Virus record (IMG/VR): IMGVR_UViG_3300036770_001615
Coordinates: 1-54,510 of that record
Source: a virus
Taxonomy: Duplodnaviria; Caudoviricetes
DNA: 54,510 nt
Strand: one strand, 5' to 3'
Under the pieces are notes generated by a model. The model was given only the letters and a program-made list of their open reading frames with translations. It was not told the DNA's origin and made no database searches. Shown one piece after another: positions 1 through 6,843 of this stretch. The position numbers and the translations under genes were made by a program. Every line of letters starts with the position of its first letter. The first letter of the stretch is position 1.

Positions 1-2
1 AA

Positions 3-371
3 CTCAACGTAATTTTAGAAAATCATAAGTTATCAACTGTTTGGATATTAGATACTCCTGAAGTTAGAGTTATAAAAGAATTTATTTTGTCTAACTTTGT
101 TGATCCATTTGGATTAAGATTGCATGTCTTAGGTGCTAACCGATCTTTGACTGATGATAACCCTCATGCATGGCCTAGAGTATTCATTCCTGCATCAAAT
201 GATGATTGTGAATATACCATTGTAGACAAGCAGGGAGTGAAACATTCAATGTTTTACAAAGTAGGTAAATGTTATATGTGGGATGTTAGAAACCCGCATT
301 ATGTTAAGAATCATAATCTTACCGATGAAAGAGTTATCGCTACGTTTATGATTGACCCAAAAAATTTATAG
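3..371 (+). CDS. 5'-truncated Asp/Asn beta-hydroxylase-like (cupin/2OG) oxygenase
   Basis: Frame is open from the window edge. C-terminal 'WDVRNPHYVKN..ERV' is typical of phage cupin oxygenases. The stop overlaps the first 2 nt of tRNA-Arg. Confidence 0.6.
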   Translation, partial: LNVILENHKLSTVWILDTPEVRVIKEFILSNFVDPFGLRLHVLGANRSLTDDNPHAWPRVFIPASNDDCEYTIVDKQGVKHSMFYKVGKCYMWDVRNPHYVKNHNLTDERVIATFMIDPKNL

Positions 372-445
372 GTCGTTAACTCAGTGGACAGAGTGCTTGG
401 CTTCGAACCAAGCGGTCAGGGGTTCGAATCCTCTACGACCTGCCA
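370..445 (+). tRNA. tRNA-Arg(TCG)
   Basis: Acceptor AGGTCGT/ACGACCT, anticodon arm CTTGG-CTTCGAA-CCAAG, TTCGAAT T-loop, CCA. Confidence 0.93.
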
Positions 446-456
446 AGGAGTATATT

Positions 457-876
457 ATGCCTTTTATTGAGAACGTAGCAGCCGCAGACATTCCTACTCG
501 CTTCCATCACGATGCGGGTGAGAACAGTATGCTAATTCAGATTATGGATACTGGCACCGGTTGGTGGCCTACACCCATACACAAGTTTAAAGAAATTCAT
601 CGTTTTGAATTTTTAGATGTGGAAGAAAATGATCACGTTGATGATGAAGAAATGAAGATTAGCGATGACCAAGCAAAACAACTTGTTGCACTACTGCAAC
701 ATGCACTTGACAACAAAATGAATGTTGTAGTACACTGTTATGCTGGTATATGTCGTAGTGGAGCAGTTTGTGAAGTTGGTGTAATGATGGGCTTCAACGA
801 TTGCGAACGCTTTAGACAACCCAATTTGTTGGTCAAGCATAAGATGATGAAAGTCTTAGGCTGGACTTATGATTAA
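457..876 (+). CDS. Protein-tyrosine/dual-specificity phosphatase-like protein
   Basis: HCYAGICRS (CX5R) motif. AGGAG SD precedes ATG 457; the longer ORF start runs through a tRNA. Confidence 0.8.
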   Translation: MPFIENVAAADIPTRFHHDAGENSMLIQIMDTGTGWWPTPIHKFKEIHRFEFLDVEENDHVDDEEMKISDDQAKQLVALLQHALDNKMNVVVHCYAGICRSGAVCEVGVMMGFNDCERFRQPNLLVKHKMMKVLGWTYD

Positions 877-877
877 T

Positions 878-954
878 GCGCCCTTAGTTCAGTGGATTAG
901 AATGCAACGCTACGAACGTTGAGGTCGGAGGTTCGATTCCTTCAGGGCGTGCCA
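878..954 (+). tRNA. tRNA-Arg(ACG)
   Basis: Cloverleaf, CAACG-CTACGAA-CGTTG, CCA. Confidence 0.95.
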
Positions 955-956
955 AA

Positions 957-1118
957 GTTTTGAGACTGTAGATGATAACTGCAATTTGATTCTACTGGTT
1001 GCTAGGTGTAATGGCTGGCAAGGCAGAAGGTAGTACCCGAATAAAGGTTTGCAGACTGATTAAGCGGCGAACGCGGACGCAGGGGTAGGTTCGAATCCTA
1101 CAAGCATTTACTCAAATT
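957..1118 (+). ncRNA. tRNA-like structured RNA of unknown family
   Basis: Perfect T-arm GTAGG-TTCGAAT-CCTAC (1085-1101), D-loop-like GGTGTAATGG, GCAGA/TTTGC stem with a 20-nt loop, ends TTTGAG/CTCAAA; no CCA. Confidence 0.5.
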
Positions 1119-1127
1119 CATTTCTAT

Positions 1128-1203
1128 GGTGGGTATCGCCAAGTGGTAAGGCCTCGGGTTGTGATTCCGATATGCGTGAGTTCGATCCTCACTATCCACC
1201 CCA
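1128..1203 (+). tRNA. tRNA-His(GTG)
   Basis: Encoded G-1:C73, TTGTGAT loop, CCA. Confidence 0.95.
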
Positions 1204-1208
1204 AATAT

Positions 1209-1284
1209 GCCGATGTAGCTCAGTTGGTAGAGCAGCGGACTGAAAATCCGTGTGTCACTGGTTCGACCCCGGTCTTCGGTACCA
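1209..1284 (+). tRNA. tRNA-Phe(GAA)
   Basis: GCGGA-CTGAAAA-TCCGT, CCA. Confidence 0.95.
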
Positions 1285-1297
1285 AATACAATTTAAC

Positions 1298-1374
1298 GCC
1301 CCGGTGACGGAATTGGCATACGTGTCGGTCTTAGAAGCCGAATTTTAGGGGTTCGACTCCCCTCTGGGGCACCA
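1298..1374 (+). tRNA. tRNA-Leu(TAG), short variable loop
   Basis: TCGGT-CTTAGAA-GCCGA, 5-nt V loop, CCA. Confidence 0.9.
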
Positions 1375-1477
1375 TATTAAAACACATTCAAGGCTAAGTA
1401 CACGCCTTACTGTAGCAGTAGCCCTGCCTTGTGGCAGTGGTGGACGGTGCAACTCCGTTGAGTGTGTTTCAATATGG
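1372..1477 (+). ncRNA. Stem-closed RNA cassette A (cloverleaf-like cargo)
   Basis: CCATATTAAAACACATTCAA pairs with TTGAGTGTGTTTCAATATGG. Four internal hairpins, the last T-arm-like (ACGG-TGCAACT-CCGT). Confidence 0.65.
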
Positions 1478-1550
1478 GCTGTTAGTGATAATGGGAGCAC
1501 AGCGGGTTTGCACCTCGCAAGTAAGAGTTCGATTCTCTTACGGTCCACCA
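1476..1550 (+). tRNA. tRNA-Ala(TGC)
   Basis: G3:U70, TTTGCAC loop, CCA. Confidence 0.9.
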
Positions 1551-1556
1551 AAATTT

Positions 1557-1633
1557 GCCCTGGTGATGGAACAGGTATACGTGTCTGACTCAAAATCAGA
1601 ATTTTGTGGGTTCGAATCCCACCTAGGGCACCA
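1557..1633 (+). tRNA. tRNA-Leu(CAA), short variable loop
   Basis: TCTGA-CTCAAAA-TCAGA, 5-nt V loop, CCA. Confidence 0.9.
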
Positions 1634-1634
1634 C

Positions 1635-1663
1635 TTGACATTAATCACGATATCAAGTAGAAT
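1635..1663 (+). promoter_or_regulatory. sigma70 promoter
   Basis: TTGACA-17-TAGAAT. Confidence 0.85.
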
Positions 1664-1672
1664 ACATTTAAT

Positions 1673-1747
1673 TGGGGATTCGCCAAGCGGTAAGGCATCG
1701 GATTTTGATTCCGACATTCCCAGGTTCGATCCCTGGATCCCCAGCCA
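1673..1747 (+). tRNA. tRNA-Gln(TTG)
   Basis: T1:A72, TTTTGAT loop, CCA. Confidence 0.95.
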
Positions 1748-1760
1748 AAGGAGATATATC

Positions 1761-1940
1761 ATGAAAACAGTAACATTTGAAAGTGTATATAATAAAGAGA
1801 AGTTTACCTGTAACGGTAAGTCCTTGCAGGATGTTAGAGTTATTGATGGTATAGAATACCTACGTGTCTTTAAGTTCGGGACACACCGTGAGGTATTAGT
1901 TCGTAAAGATACTCTAAAAAGGGTATCTAACAAACGGTGA
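1761..1940 (+). CDS. Hypothetical protein (59 aa)
   Basis: AAGGAG SD before ATG 1761. Confidence 0.7.
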   Translation: MKTVTFESVYNKEKFTCNGKSLQDVRVIDGIEYLRVFKFGTHREVLVRKDTLKRVSNKR

Positions 1941-1966
1941 TTAAATAAAAGAAGATAGGAGTTATC

Positions 1967-2530
1967 ATGGCTGTTTTGGCATTGGACATCTCAGGAATTC
2001 CTAGGCAATGGATTTCCTTTGATGACGCTATTGTGTATCATGCAAAGGAACTTGTTGCATGGAGTCTTGGAGATGTAGTAGCAAGGTATCGTGGTGGAAT
2101 TCAAAACGACGGTACTGAAAGTTATTTAGAAACCCCAAGCATTATTGCAATTAGAGGTCATGGATTTGACCCTGCGCGGCACAATAGAGTTAGTCTAACC
2201 AATCGAACATTGTTCGGTCGAGACAGGCATGTTTGTGCATACTGCGGAGGTCACTTCCCTAACTATCATCACCTAAGTCGAGACCACATCATGCCTAAAA
2301 GCAAGGGTGGTACCGATACTTGGATGAACGTTGTGACCGCTTGTAAGGAATGCAACGGTAAAAAAGGTAATAAGACATTGAAGGAAGCACGTATGGAACT
2401 GATTTACGTACCCTACGTGCCCAATCATTATGAAAATATGATTCTACAAAACCGCACGATTCTTGCGGATCAAATGGAGTACTTGCTAGCAGGTGTTCCA
2501 AAACATAGTAGAATTTTAAAAATGTCTTGA
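1967..2530 (+). CDS. HNH endonuclease (McrA-like)
   Basis: RDRHVCAYCG..DHIMPKSKGG...NVVTACKECNGKK. Confidence 0.9.
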   Translation: MAVLALDISGIPRQWISFDDAIVYHAKELVAWSLGDVVARYRGGIQNDGTESYLETPSIIAIRGHGFDPARHNRVSLTNRTLFGRDRHVCAYCGGHFPNYHHLSRDHIMPKSKGGTDTWMNVVTACKECNGKKGNKTLKEARMELIYVPYVPNHYENMILQNRTILADQMEYLLAGVPKHSRILKMS

Positions 2531-2570
2531 CAATAAACTATTTATCCTGTATACTACGGGGTAAATAGTT
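2527..2570 (+). promoter_or_regulatory. sigma70 promoter with overlapping hairpin and TAAATA
   Basis: TTGACA-17-TATACT. Inverted repeat 2536-2550/2556-2570. Confidence 0.8.
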
Positions 2571-2579
2571 ATGAATTAT

Positions 2580-2655
<76 letters not shown>

Positions 2656-2666
2656 ATTTAAAATAT

Positions 2667-2742
2667 GCTGGCTTAGCTCAGTTGGTAGAGCATCTGCCTT
2701 GTAAGCAGGAGGTCGTCAGTTCGAATCCGACAGTCAGCACCA
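2667..2742 (+). tRNA. tRNA-Thr(TGT)
   Basis: CTTGTAA loop, CCA. Confidence 0.95.
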
Positions 2743-2766
2743 TACAACACACAGGAGTTACAGTGT

Positions 2767-3003
2767 ATGAAGAAGTTAGTTATTGTAGGATTGTTTGCCA
2801 TTTCTGCTAATGCAATGGCCGTTGATAGAGTTTTAAAGTTTGATACGGATTTAGATGGCAAAGTTTCATACAAGGAACTTACTTTATCATGCGATGTTTC
2901 AAAAAGTTTATTTGACCGAGCAGATAAAGATGGCGATGGGTATTTGACAAACGTAGAAATGCGTACTGCAAAGAATTACCTATTCGTTACTTGCAGTAAG
3001 TAA
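2767..3003 (+). CDS. Secreted EF-hand protein
   Basis: Signal peptide (..ANAMA); Ca-binding loops DTDLDGKVSYKE and DKDGDGYLTNVE. Confidence 0.8.
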   Translation: MKKLVIVGLFAISANAMAVDRVLKFDTDLDGKVSYKELTLSCDVSKSLFDRADKDGDGYLTNVEMRTAKNYLFVTCSK

Positions 3004-3010
3004 GAATTAT

Positions 3011-3087
3011 CTGCCCGTAGCTCAGTTGGATAGAGCAATGGCCTTCTAAGCCATCGGTCGGACGTTCGAATCGTCTCGGGCAGGCCA
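3011..3087 (+). tRNA. tRNA-Arg(TCT)
   Basis: ATGGC-CTTCTAA-GCCAT, CCA. Confidence 0.95.
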
Positions 3088-3097
3088 AATTGGAGAT

Positions 3098-3607
3098 ATG
3101 ATGGATATAACTGATTATGTAATTGAATTACCCTTCTTAAAATATGATAAGCAGGCATTAATTGATTACATGAAAGGTAAGGGTCCTTGGGTCAGTGAAG
3201 GATATGCTAATAAGTATCTACGACCTAAAGACAGTATAGACCTATTTTCAGATATCTATAAACAGATCCCTGAATTTGAAATTGACATTGGAAGAGTATT
3301 TTTTGCTGAATTAGAACCGTTTCAGTTTTTGCATCCACATAAGGATTTATATAGAAAAGCATCTATAAACATTCCTTTGATTGGGGATTTCACAAAAACG
3401 CCGGTTACCTTTTATAGTGAGAAATCTACCAAAAAAGAACACATTTTGTATAAACATTGCTATAATGATGTTGCAACAGTAATTAATACTGAAGTATATC
3501 ATGGAGTAGTAAATACAACGAATGAAATTAGATATATATTTTGTTTGAGTGTATATCCTGATTGGAATACAATTAAACAAGTATATGAAAAGTATAACGG
3601 GGTGTAG
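3098..3607 (+). CDS. Cupin/2OG-Fe(II) oxygenase-like protein
   Basis: HxD (HKD) ... H (YHGV) ... R. The stop lies inside tRNA-Pro. Confidence 0.7.
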   Translation: MMDITDYVIELPFLKYDKQALIDYMKGKGPWVSEGYANKYLRPKDSIDLFSDIYKQIPEFEIDIGRVFFAELEPFQFLHPHKDLYRKASINIPLIGDFTKTPVTFYSEKSTKKEHILYKHCYNDVATVINTEVYHGVVNTTNEIRYIFCLSVYPDWNTIKQVYEKYNGV

Positions 3608-3675
3608 CGCAGTCTGGTTAGCGCATCTGCTTTGGGAGCAGAGGGTCGTGAGTTCGAATCCCACCACCCCGACCA
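3598..3675 (+). tRNA. tRNA-Pro(TGG)
   Basis: TCTGC-TTTGGGA-GCAGA, CCA. Confidence 0.95.
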
Positions 3676-3680
3676 TTATT

Positions 3681-3755
3681 GGAAGTTTAGCTCAGCGGTA
3701 GAGCAACGCCCTTACAAGGCGAAGGTCATAGGTTCAATCCCTATAACTTCCACCA
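3681..3755 (+). tRNA. tRNA-Val(TAC)
   Basis: CTTACAA loop, CCA. Confidence 0.95.
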
Positions 3756-3839
3756 ATTCTTTGATTGTCACAAAAATTTAATACAATTTTTTACAGGTAA
3801 TAATAAATACGAATATTATAATACATAAAAGGTAGCGAC

Positions 3840-4274
3840 ATGTTAAACATTATCAATAGTATCAATGATCCGCTACTAAGTTACATCAAAGATGATCCAG
3901 TGAGACCCGAAATTCCTGTAGAGTTTCGGGTTTCTAATTTTAGATTTGTTGGCGCCTTAGTAGAGGATAAACCACAAGCAATAGTTTGCGTAAGCCTACA
4001 TGACTTTATACCCGAATCAGTAGAAGATTTATCTAGAGAATCAGTATCTCCTGATACAGCAATCTTCTATACGATTTGGAGTTATAAAGCAGGAGCGGCT
4101 AAAGATTTGCTATTCTCTACAGTTAAAGAGATCCAACGTATGTTTCCTAACATCACACGTTTTGTAACACTAAGTCCTAAGACTGAAATGGCAAAACGAT
4201 TCCATTTGCGTAATGGAGCGTCGGTGTTGAAGGAAAATCTCACAACGGTGAATTACGAATATAAAGTCAGTTGA
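3840..4274 (+). CDS. Hypothetical protein, possible GNAT-like fold
   Basis: AIFYTIWSYKAGA...FVTLSP..A..FHLRNGA. TAAATA at 3804. Confidence 0.6.
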   Translation: MLNIINSINDPLLSYIKDDPVRPEIPVEFRVSNFRFVGALVEDKPQAIVCVSLHDFIPESVEDLSRESVSPDTAIFYTIWSYKAGAAKDLLFSTVKEIQRMFPNITRFVTLSPKTEMAKRFHLRNGASVLKENLTTVNYEYKVS

Positions 4275-4299
4275 CAAATATTCCTAGTTCGTATATAAT
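4271..4299 (+). promoter_or_regulatory. Consensus sigma70 promoter
   Basis: TTGACA-17-TATAAT. Confidence 0.9.
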
Positions 4300-4316
4300 A
4301 CATTCTTTCTCGCAGT

Positions 4317-4391
4317 ATCTCGGTGGTGTCAACGGCAGCATGACGGTCTCCAAAACCGCTGGTGGGGGTTCGAATCCCTCCCGGGATGCCA
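4317..4391 (+). tRNA. tRNA-Trp(CCA)
   Basis: CTCCAAA loop, CCA. Confidence 0.93.
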
Positions 4392-4404
4392 AAAACTGAT
4401 TGTA

Positions 4405-4452
4405 AATCAAGTACTTACGAGGCTTGACAAATAATCAGAGTTGTAGTAGAAT
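4405..4452 (+). promoter_or_regulatory. IHF site plus sigma70 promoter
   Basis: AATCAAGTACTTA (WATCAANNNNTTR), then TTGACA-17-TAGAAT. Confidence 0.8.
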
Positions 4453-4461
4453 GCTTATATT

Positions 4462-4491
4462 CGCTGAGAAATCAGCAACGTTCTTTAAAAA
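4462..4491 (+). promoter_or_regulatory. rrn-type boxB-boxA antitermination signal, copy 1
   Basis: GCTGA-GAAA-TCAGC hairpin plus GTTCTTTAAAAA; identical 30 bp at 7654. Confidence 0.75.
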
Positions 4492-4509
4492 CTGAAGTGA
4501 AAATTTTTT

Positions 4510-4596
4510 GCCCGGGTGGTGAAATAGGTAGACACAAGAGACTTAAAATCTCTCGCCCGAAAGGGCGTGCCGGTTCGATTCCGGCCCCGGGCACCA
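4510..4596 (+). tRNA. tRNA-Leu(TAA)
   Basis: CTTAAAA loop, long V arm, CCA. Confidence 0.95.
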
Positions 4597-4743
4597 TATA
4601 AAAGTGTTATCAAGGTATCGTGTATGGACGCATACACTATTCGGGTCCAATCGGCCGGAGACGGATCCTGAGATAACTGCATCGGCTTTGTCAAGTTAGC
4701 TACTTTACGACTAAATTTGCACGATAGCACTTTTATATGGTGT
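4591..4743 (+). ncRNA. Stem-closed RNA cassette B
   Basis: GCACCATATAAAAGTGTTATC / GATAGCACTTTTATATGGTGT. Internal hairpins GTGTATG/CATACAC and GGGTCC/GGATCC. Confidence 0.65.
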
Positions 4744-4751
4744 TATAAAAA

Positions 4752-4845
4752 AAGGGGGAGTGGCGGCTATGTCTCAACGTCATGGTCATCGCCTTTGTGT
4801 TTACTCTTAAACAACAGCATATCCTCATTCGTAGGTGTGCCCCTT
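4752..4845 (+). ncRNA. Possible small structured RNA
   Basis: Two imperfect hairpins (GGCGGCTATG/CATGGTCATCGCC; GCATATCCT/AGGTGTGC) in a GC-richer spacer with no ORF. Confidence 0.35.
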
Positions 4846-4852
4846 ATCAATT

Positions 4853-4929
4853 GCCTCTGTAGCTCAATTGGTTAGAGCAGTGGACTCATAATCCATTGGT
4901 TACAGGTTCGAGTCCTGTCGGAGGCACCA
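4853..4929 (+). tRNA. tRNA(CAT), probably Ile2 (lysidine type)
   Basis: GTGGA-CTCATAA-TCCAT, Ile2-like body; separate Met and fMet genes are present. Confidence 0.85.
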
Positions 4930-4934
4930 TTTTT

Positions 4935-5025
4935 GGAAGTGTGGCAGAGTTGGTTTAATGCACTAGTCTTGAAAACTAGCGATTCAGCAATGGGTCCGTG
5001 AGTTCGAATCTCACCGCTTCCACCA
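4935..5025 (+). tRNA. tRNA-Ser(TGA)
   Basis: CTTGAAA loop, long V arm, CCA. Confidence 0.95.
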
Positions 5026-5031
5026 GTATTA

Positions 5032-5123
5032 GGAGAGGTGCCCGAGAGGCCGAAGGGAGCGGTTTGCTAAACCGTCGACTCACGAAAGTGGGTCCGTGGG
5101 TTCGAATCCCACTCTCTCCACCA
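5032..5123 (+). tRNA. tRNA-Ser(GCT)
   Basis: TTGCTAA loop, long V arm, CCA. Confidence 0.95.
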
Positions 5124-5138
5124 GTTTAAGGAAATGTA

Positions 5139-5507
5139 ATGTTAAAACAATTTTACATTGATGACAGTTATATCACTGATGTTACTGTAAGGACTGAACA
5201 TGATTTTATTAAAGATCGTAGTAATCCTACACACGATGACCTAATAAAAATCCTTAAAGGATATGACAGAGGTCTTAGTATTAGTAACAAAGACCATGAT
5301 GAGTTTACAAAATTGCGTAATCAACTTGAAGAATTGGGTTATATTGTAACTCAGCGTGGTTGGTGGAACGGTGATAGAGTATTGAAGTCATTCAAGTTAA
5401 ATGAGTGGACATTTAGAAAGAATCATAAGTTTCCTAGTGCGGCGGCAATGCGTACAAGTATTGACTGTGCTAGGAAGTTTGGATGGAAAAGTATTAGTAA
5501 TTTATAA
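5139..5507 (+). CDS. Hypothetical protein
   Basis: 122-aa ORF with AAGGA SD between tRNAs. Confidence 0.7.
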   Translation: MLKQFYIDDSYITDVTVRTEHDFIKDRSNPTHDDLIKILKGYDRGLSISNKDHDEFTKLRNQLEELGYIVTQRGWWNGDRVLKSFKLNEWTFRKNHKFPSAAAMRTSIDCARKFGWKSISNL

Positions 5508-5508
5508 T

Positions 5509-5586
5509 GTATCGGTGGCAGAGTGGTCAAATGCAACGGATTGCAAATCCGTAAAGTCGTCAGTTCGAATCTGACTCGGTACTCCA
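5509..5586 (+). tRNA. tRNA-Cys(GCA)
   Basis: TTGCAAA loop, U73, CCA. Confidence 0.95.
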
Positions 5587-5592
5587 AACATT

Positions 5593-5667
5593 GCCTGTTT
5601 AGCTCAGTGGTAGAGCAACGTCTTGATAAGGCGTAGGTCCGTGGATCGTTCCCACGAACAGGCACCA
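5593..5667 (+). tRNA. tRNA-Ile(GAT), atypical T-loop
   Basis: TTGATAA loop, T-loop ATCGTTC, CCA. Confidence 0.9.
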
Positions 5668-5675
5668 AATAAGGC

Positions 5676-5704
5676 TTGACAAATAAATCAAGTTAGTATA
5701 GAAT
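5676..5704 (+). promoter_or_regulatory. sigma70 promoter
   Basis: TTGACA-17-TAGAAT. Confidence 0.85.
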
Positions 5705-5717
5705 ACATGTATTGATT

Positions 5718-5813
5718 AGGAGATATGACATGAAACGAGGTAAACGCTAGTGTCATCTTAGTTCCAATGTACGAACTAAGGTGGCACGTTAAACAAACTT
5801 AGTACAAACATTG
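5718..5813 (+). other. SD + micro-ORF MKRGKR-amber followed by a 15-bp hairpin/pseudoknot
   Basis: AGGAG 5718, ATG 5730, TAG 5748-5750. Stem 5750-5764/5773-5787; loop CAATGT complements ACATTG at 5808-5813. Confidence 0.5.
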
Positions 5814-5888
5814 GGACGTTAGCTCAGTTGGTAGAGCAGTAGACTTTTAATCTATTGGTCGTGGGTTCGAACCCCGCACGTCCTACCA
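5813..5888 (+). tRNA. tRNA-Lys(TTT)
   Basis: GTAGA-CTTTTAA-TCTAT, CCA. Confidence 0.95.
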
Positions 5889-6127
5889 TATTAAAGTATA
5901 TTGAAGGTTACTCACACCGTTAGGGGTGAACGAAGGCTGATTACGAGCCGGATACCCATGAAGCAGGAGGGACTTAGAGTATGGCGAGACACCATTGAGC
6001 CAAAGGGTAAAGTCTAATTTAAACTCCAGGGATGCGACGGGTTAAACAGTGGGGAATAATGAGAAAGCAACACGATATGTGGTGTTGAGTGTTAGCGGTA
6101 CTTCCTTTAGTATATTTTAATATGGTA
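5884..6127 (+). ncRNA. Stem-closed RNA cassette C (~196-nt cargo)
   Basis: 24-bp stem 5884-5907/6104-6127 with 3 G-U pairs; several internal hairpins. Confidence 0.7.
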
Positions 6128-6131
6128 TAAT

Positions 6132-6206
6132 AGTAGAGTAGCATAACGGTAGTGCAACACCTTCATACGGTGCGCTGTGTGGGTTCGACTCCCTCCTCTA
6201 CTACCA
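6132..6206 (+). tRNA. tRNA-Met(CAT), elongator
   Basis: TTCATAC loop, paired 1:72, CCA. Confidence 0.88.
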
Positions 6207-6217
6207 AAAGATTTTTT

Positions 6218-6292
6218 GCTCGGTTCGTCTATTGGTTAGGACGCTGGCCTTTCACGCCGGAAAGAGGGGTTCAATTCCCCTACCGAGTACCA
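6218..6292 (+). tRNA. tRNA-Glu(TTC)
   Basis: CTTTCAC loop, CCA. Confidence 0.95.
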
Positions 6293-6298
6293 AACAAT

Positions 6299-6386
6299 GG
6301 GTGTTGCCCCTGCCGGCGGACTGTAAATCCGTTACTCTGAGAGGTAGGAAGTCGAGTTCGTGGAGCGTTACCATCAACACCCACCA
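6299..6386 (+). tRNA. Non-canonical tRNA-Tyr(GTA): 8-bp acceptor, 4-bp T stem, no D arm
   Basis: GGGTGTTG/CAACACCC plus A-CCA; GCGGA-CTGTAAA-TCCGT; GTGG-AGCGTTA-CCAT. Confidence 0.75.
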
Positions 6387-6438
6387 AACACACAAAAGAG
6401 ATAAATATATCTCTTTTGACACAGAGAGGAAACAGAGT

Positions 6439-6525
6439 ATGGAATTTGTAGGAATGAACATCCTAGCCGTATTAGTTATGTCACTAGTGATTATCATTAG
6501 TGATATAGTTAACTTGCTAGATTAA
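6439..6525 (+). CDS. Small hydrophobic peptide (28 aa)
   Basis: GAGGA SD, single TM segment, TAAATA hairpin upstream. Confidence 0.5.
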   Translation: MEFVGMNILAVLVMSLVIIISDIVNLLD

Positions 6526-6531
6526 GAATAA

Positions 6532-6608
6532 GGCCCGTTAGCGCAGTTGGTTAGCGCACATGCCTGTCACGCATGAGGTCACCGGTTCGAGCCCGGTACG
6601 GGTCGCCA
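6532..6608 (+). tRNA. tRNA-Asp(GTC)
   Basis: CATGC-CTGTCAC-GCATG, CCA. Confidence 0.95.
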
Positions 6609-6681
6609 ATAAAAACTAGTTCTTTACTGTCTATTAGACACTAAATATTAGTGTCTGAAATAAGGCATAAAGGAGAAAACA

Positions 6682-6840
6682 ATGGATATGGACGTTATAG
6701 TTCCCATAGTTATAGTTTTAGTAGTAGCCGGATTCTTCTTTTGGAAGAAAAAAGGCAATAGTGCTGATGCACCAGTTGATGGTGAAAATGTCGGTGGTGG
6801 TGGGAAACCCACTGATACTAAAAATCAGCAATTGAAATAA
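6682..6840 (+). CDS. Small membrane protein (52 aa)
   Basis: AAGGAG SD; MDMDVIVPIVIVLVVAGFFFWKKKG... (not in ORF track). Confidence 0.7.
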   Translation: MDMDVIVPIVIVLVVAGFFFWKKKGNSADAPVDGENVGGGGKPTDTKNQQLK

Positions 6841-6843
6841 GCA

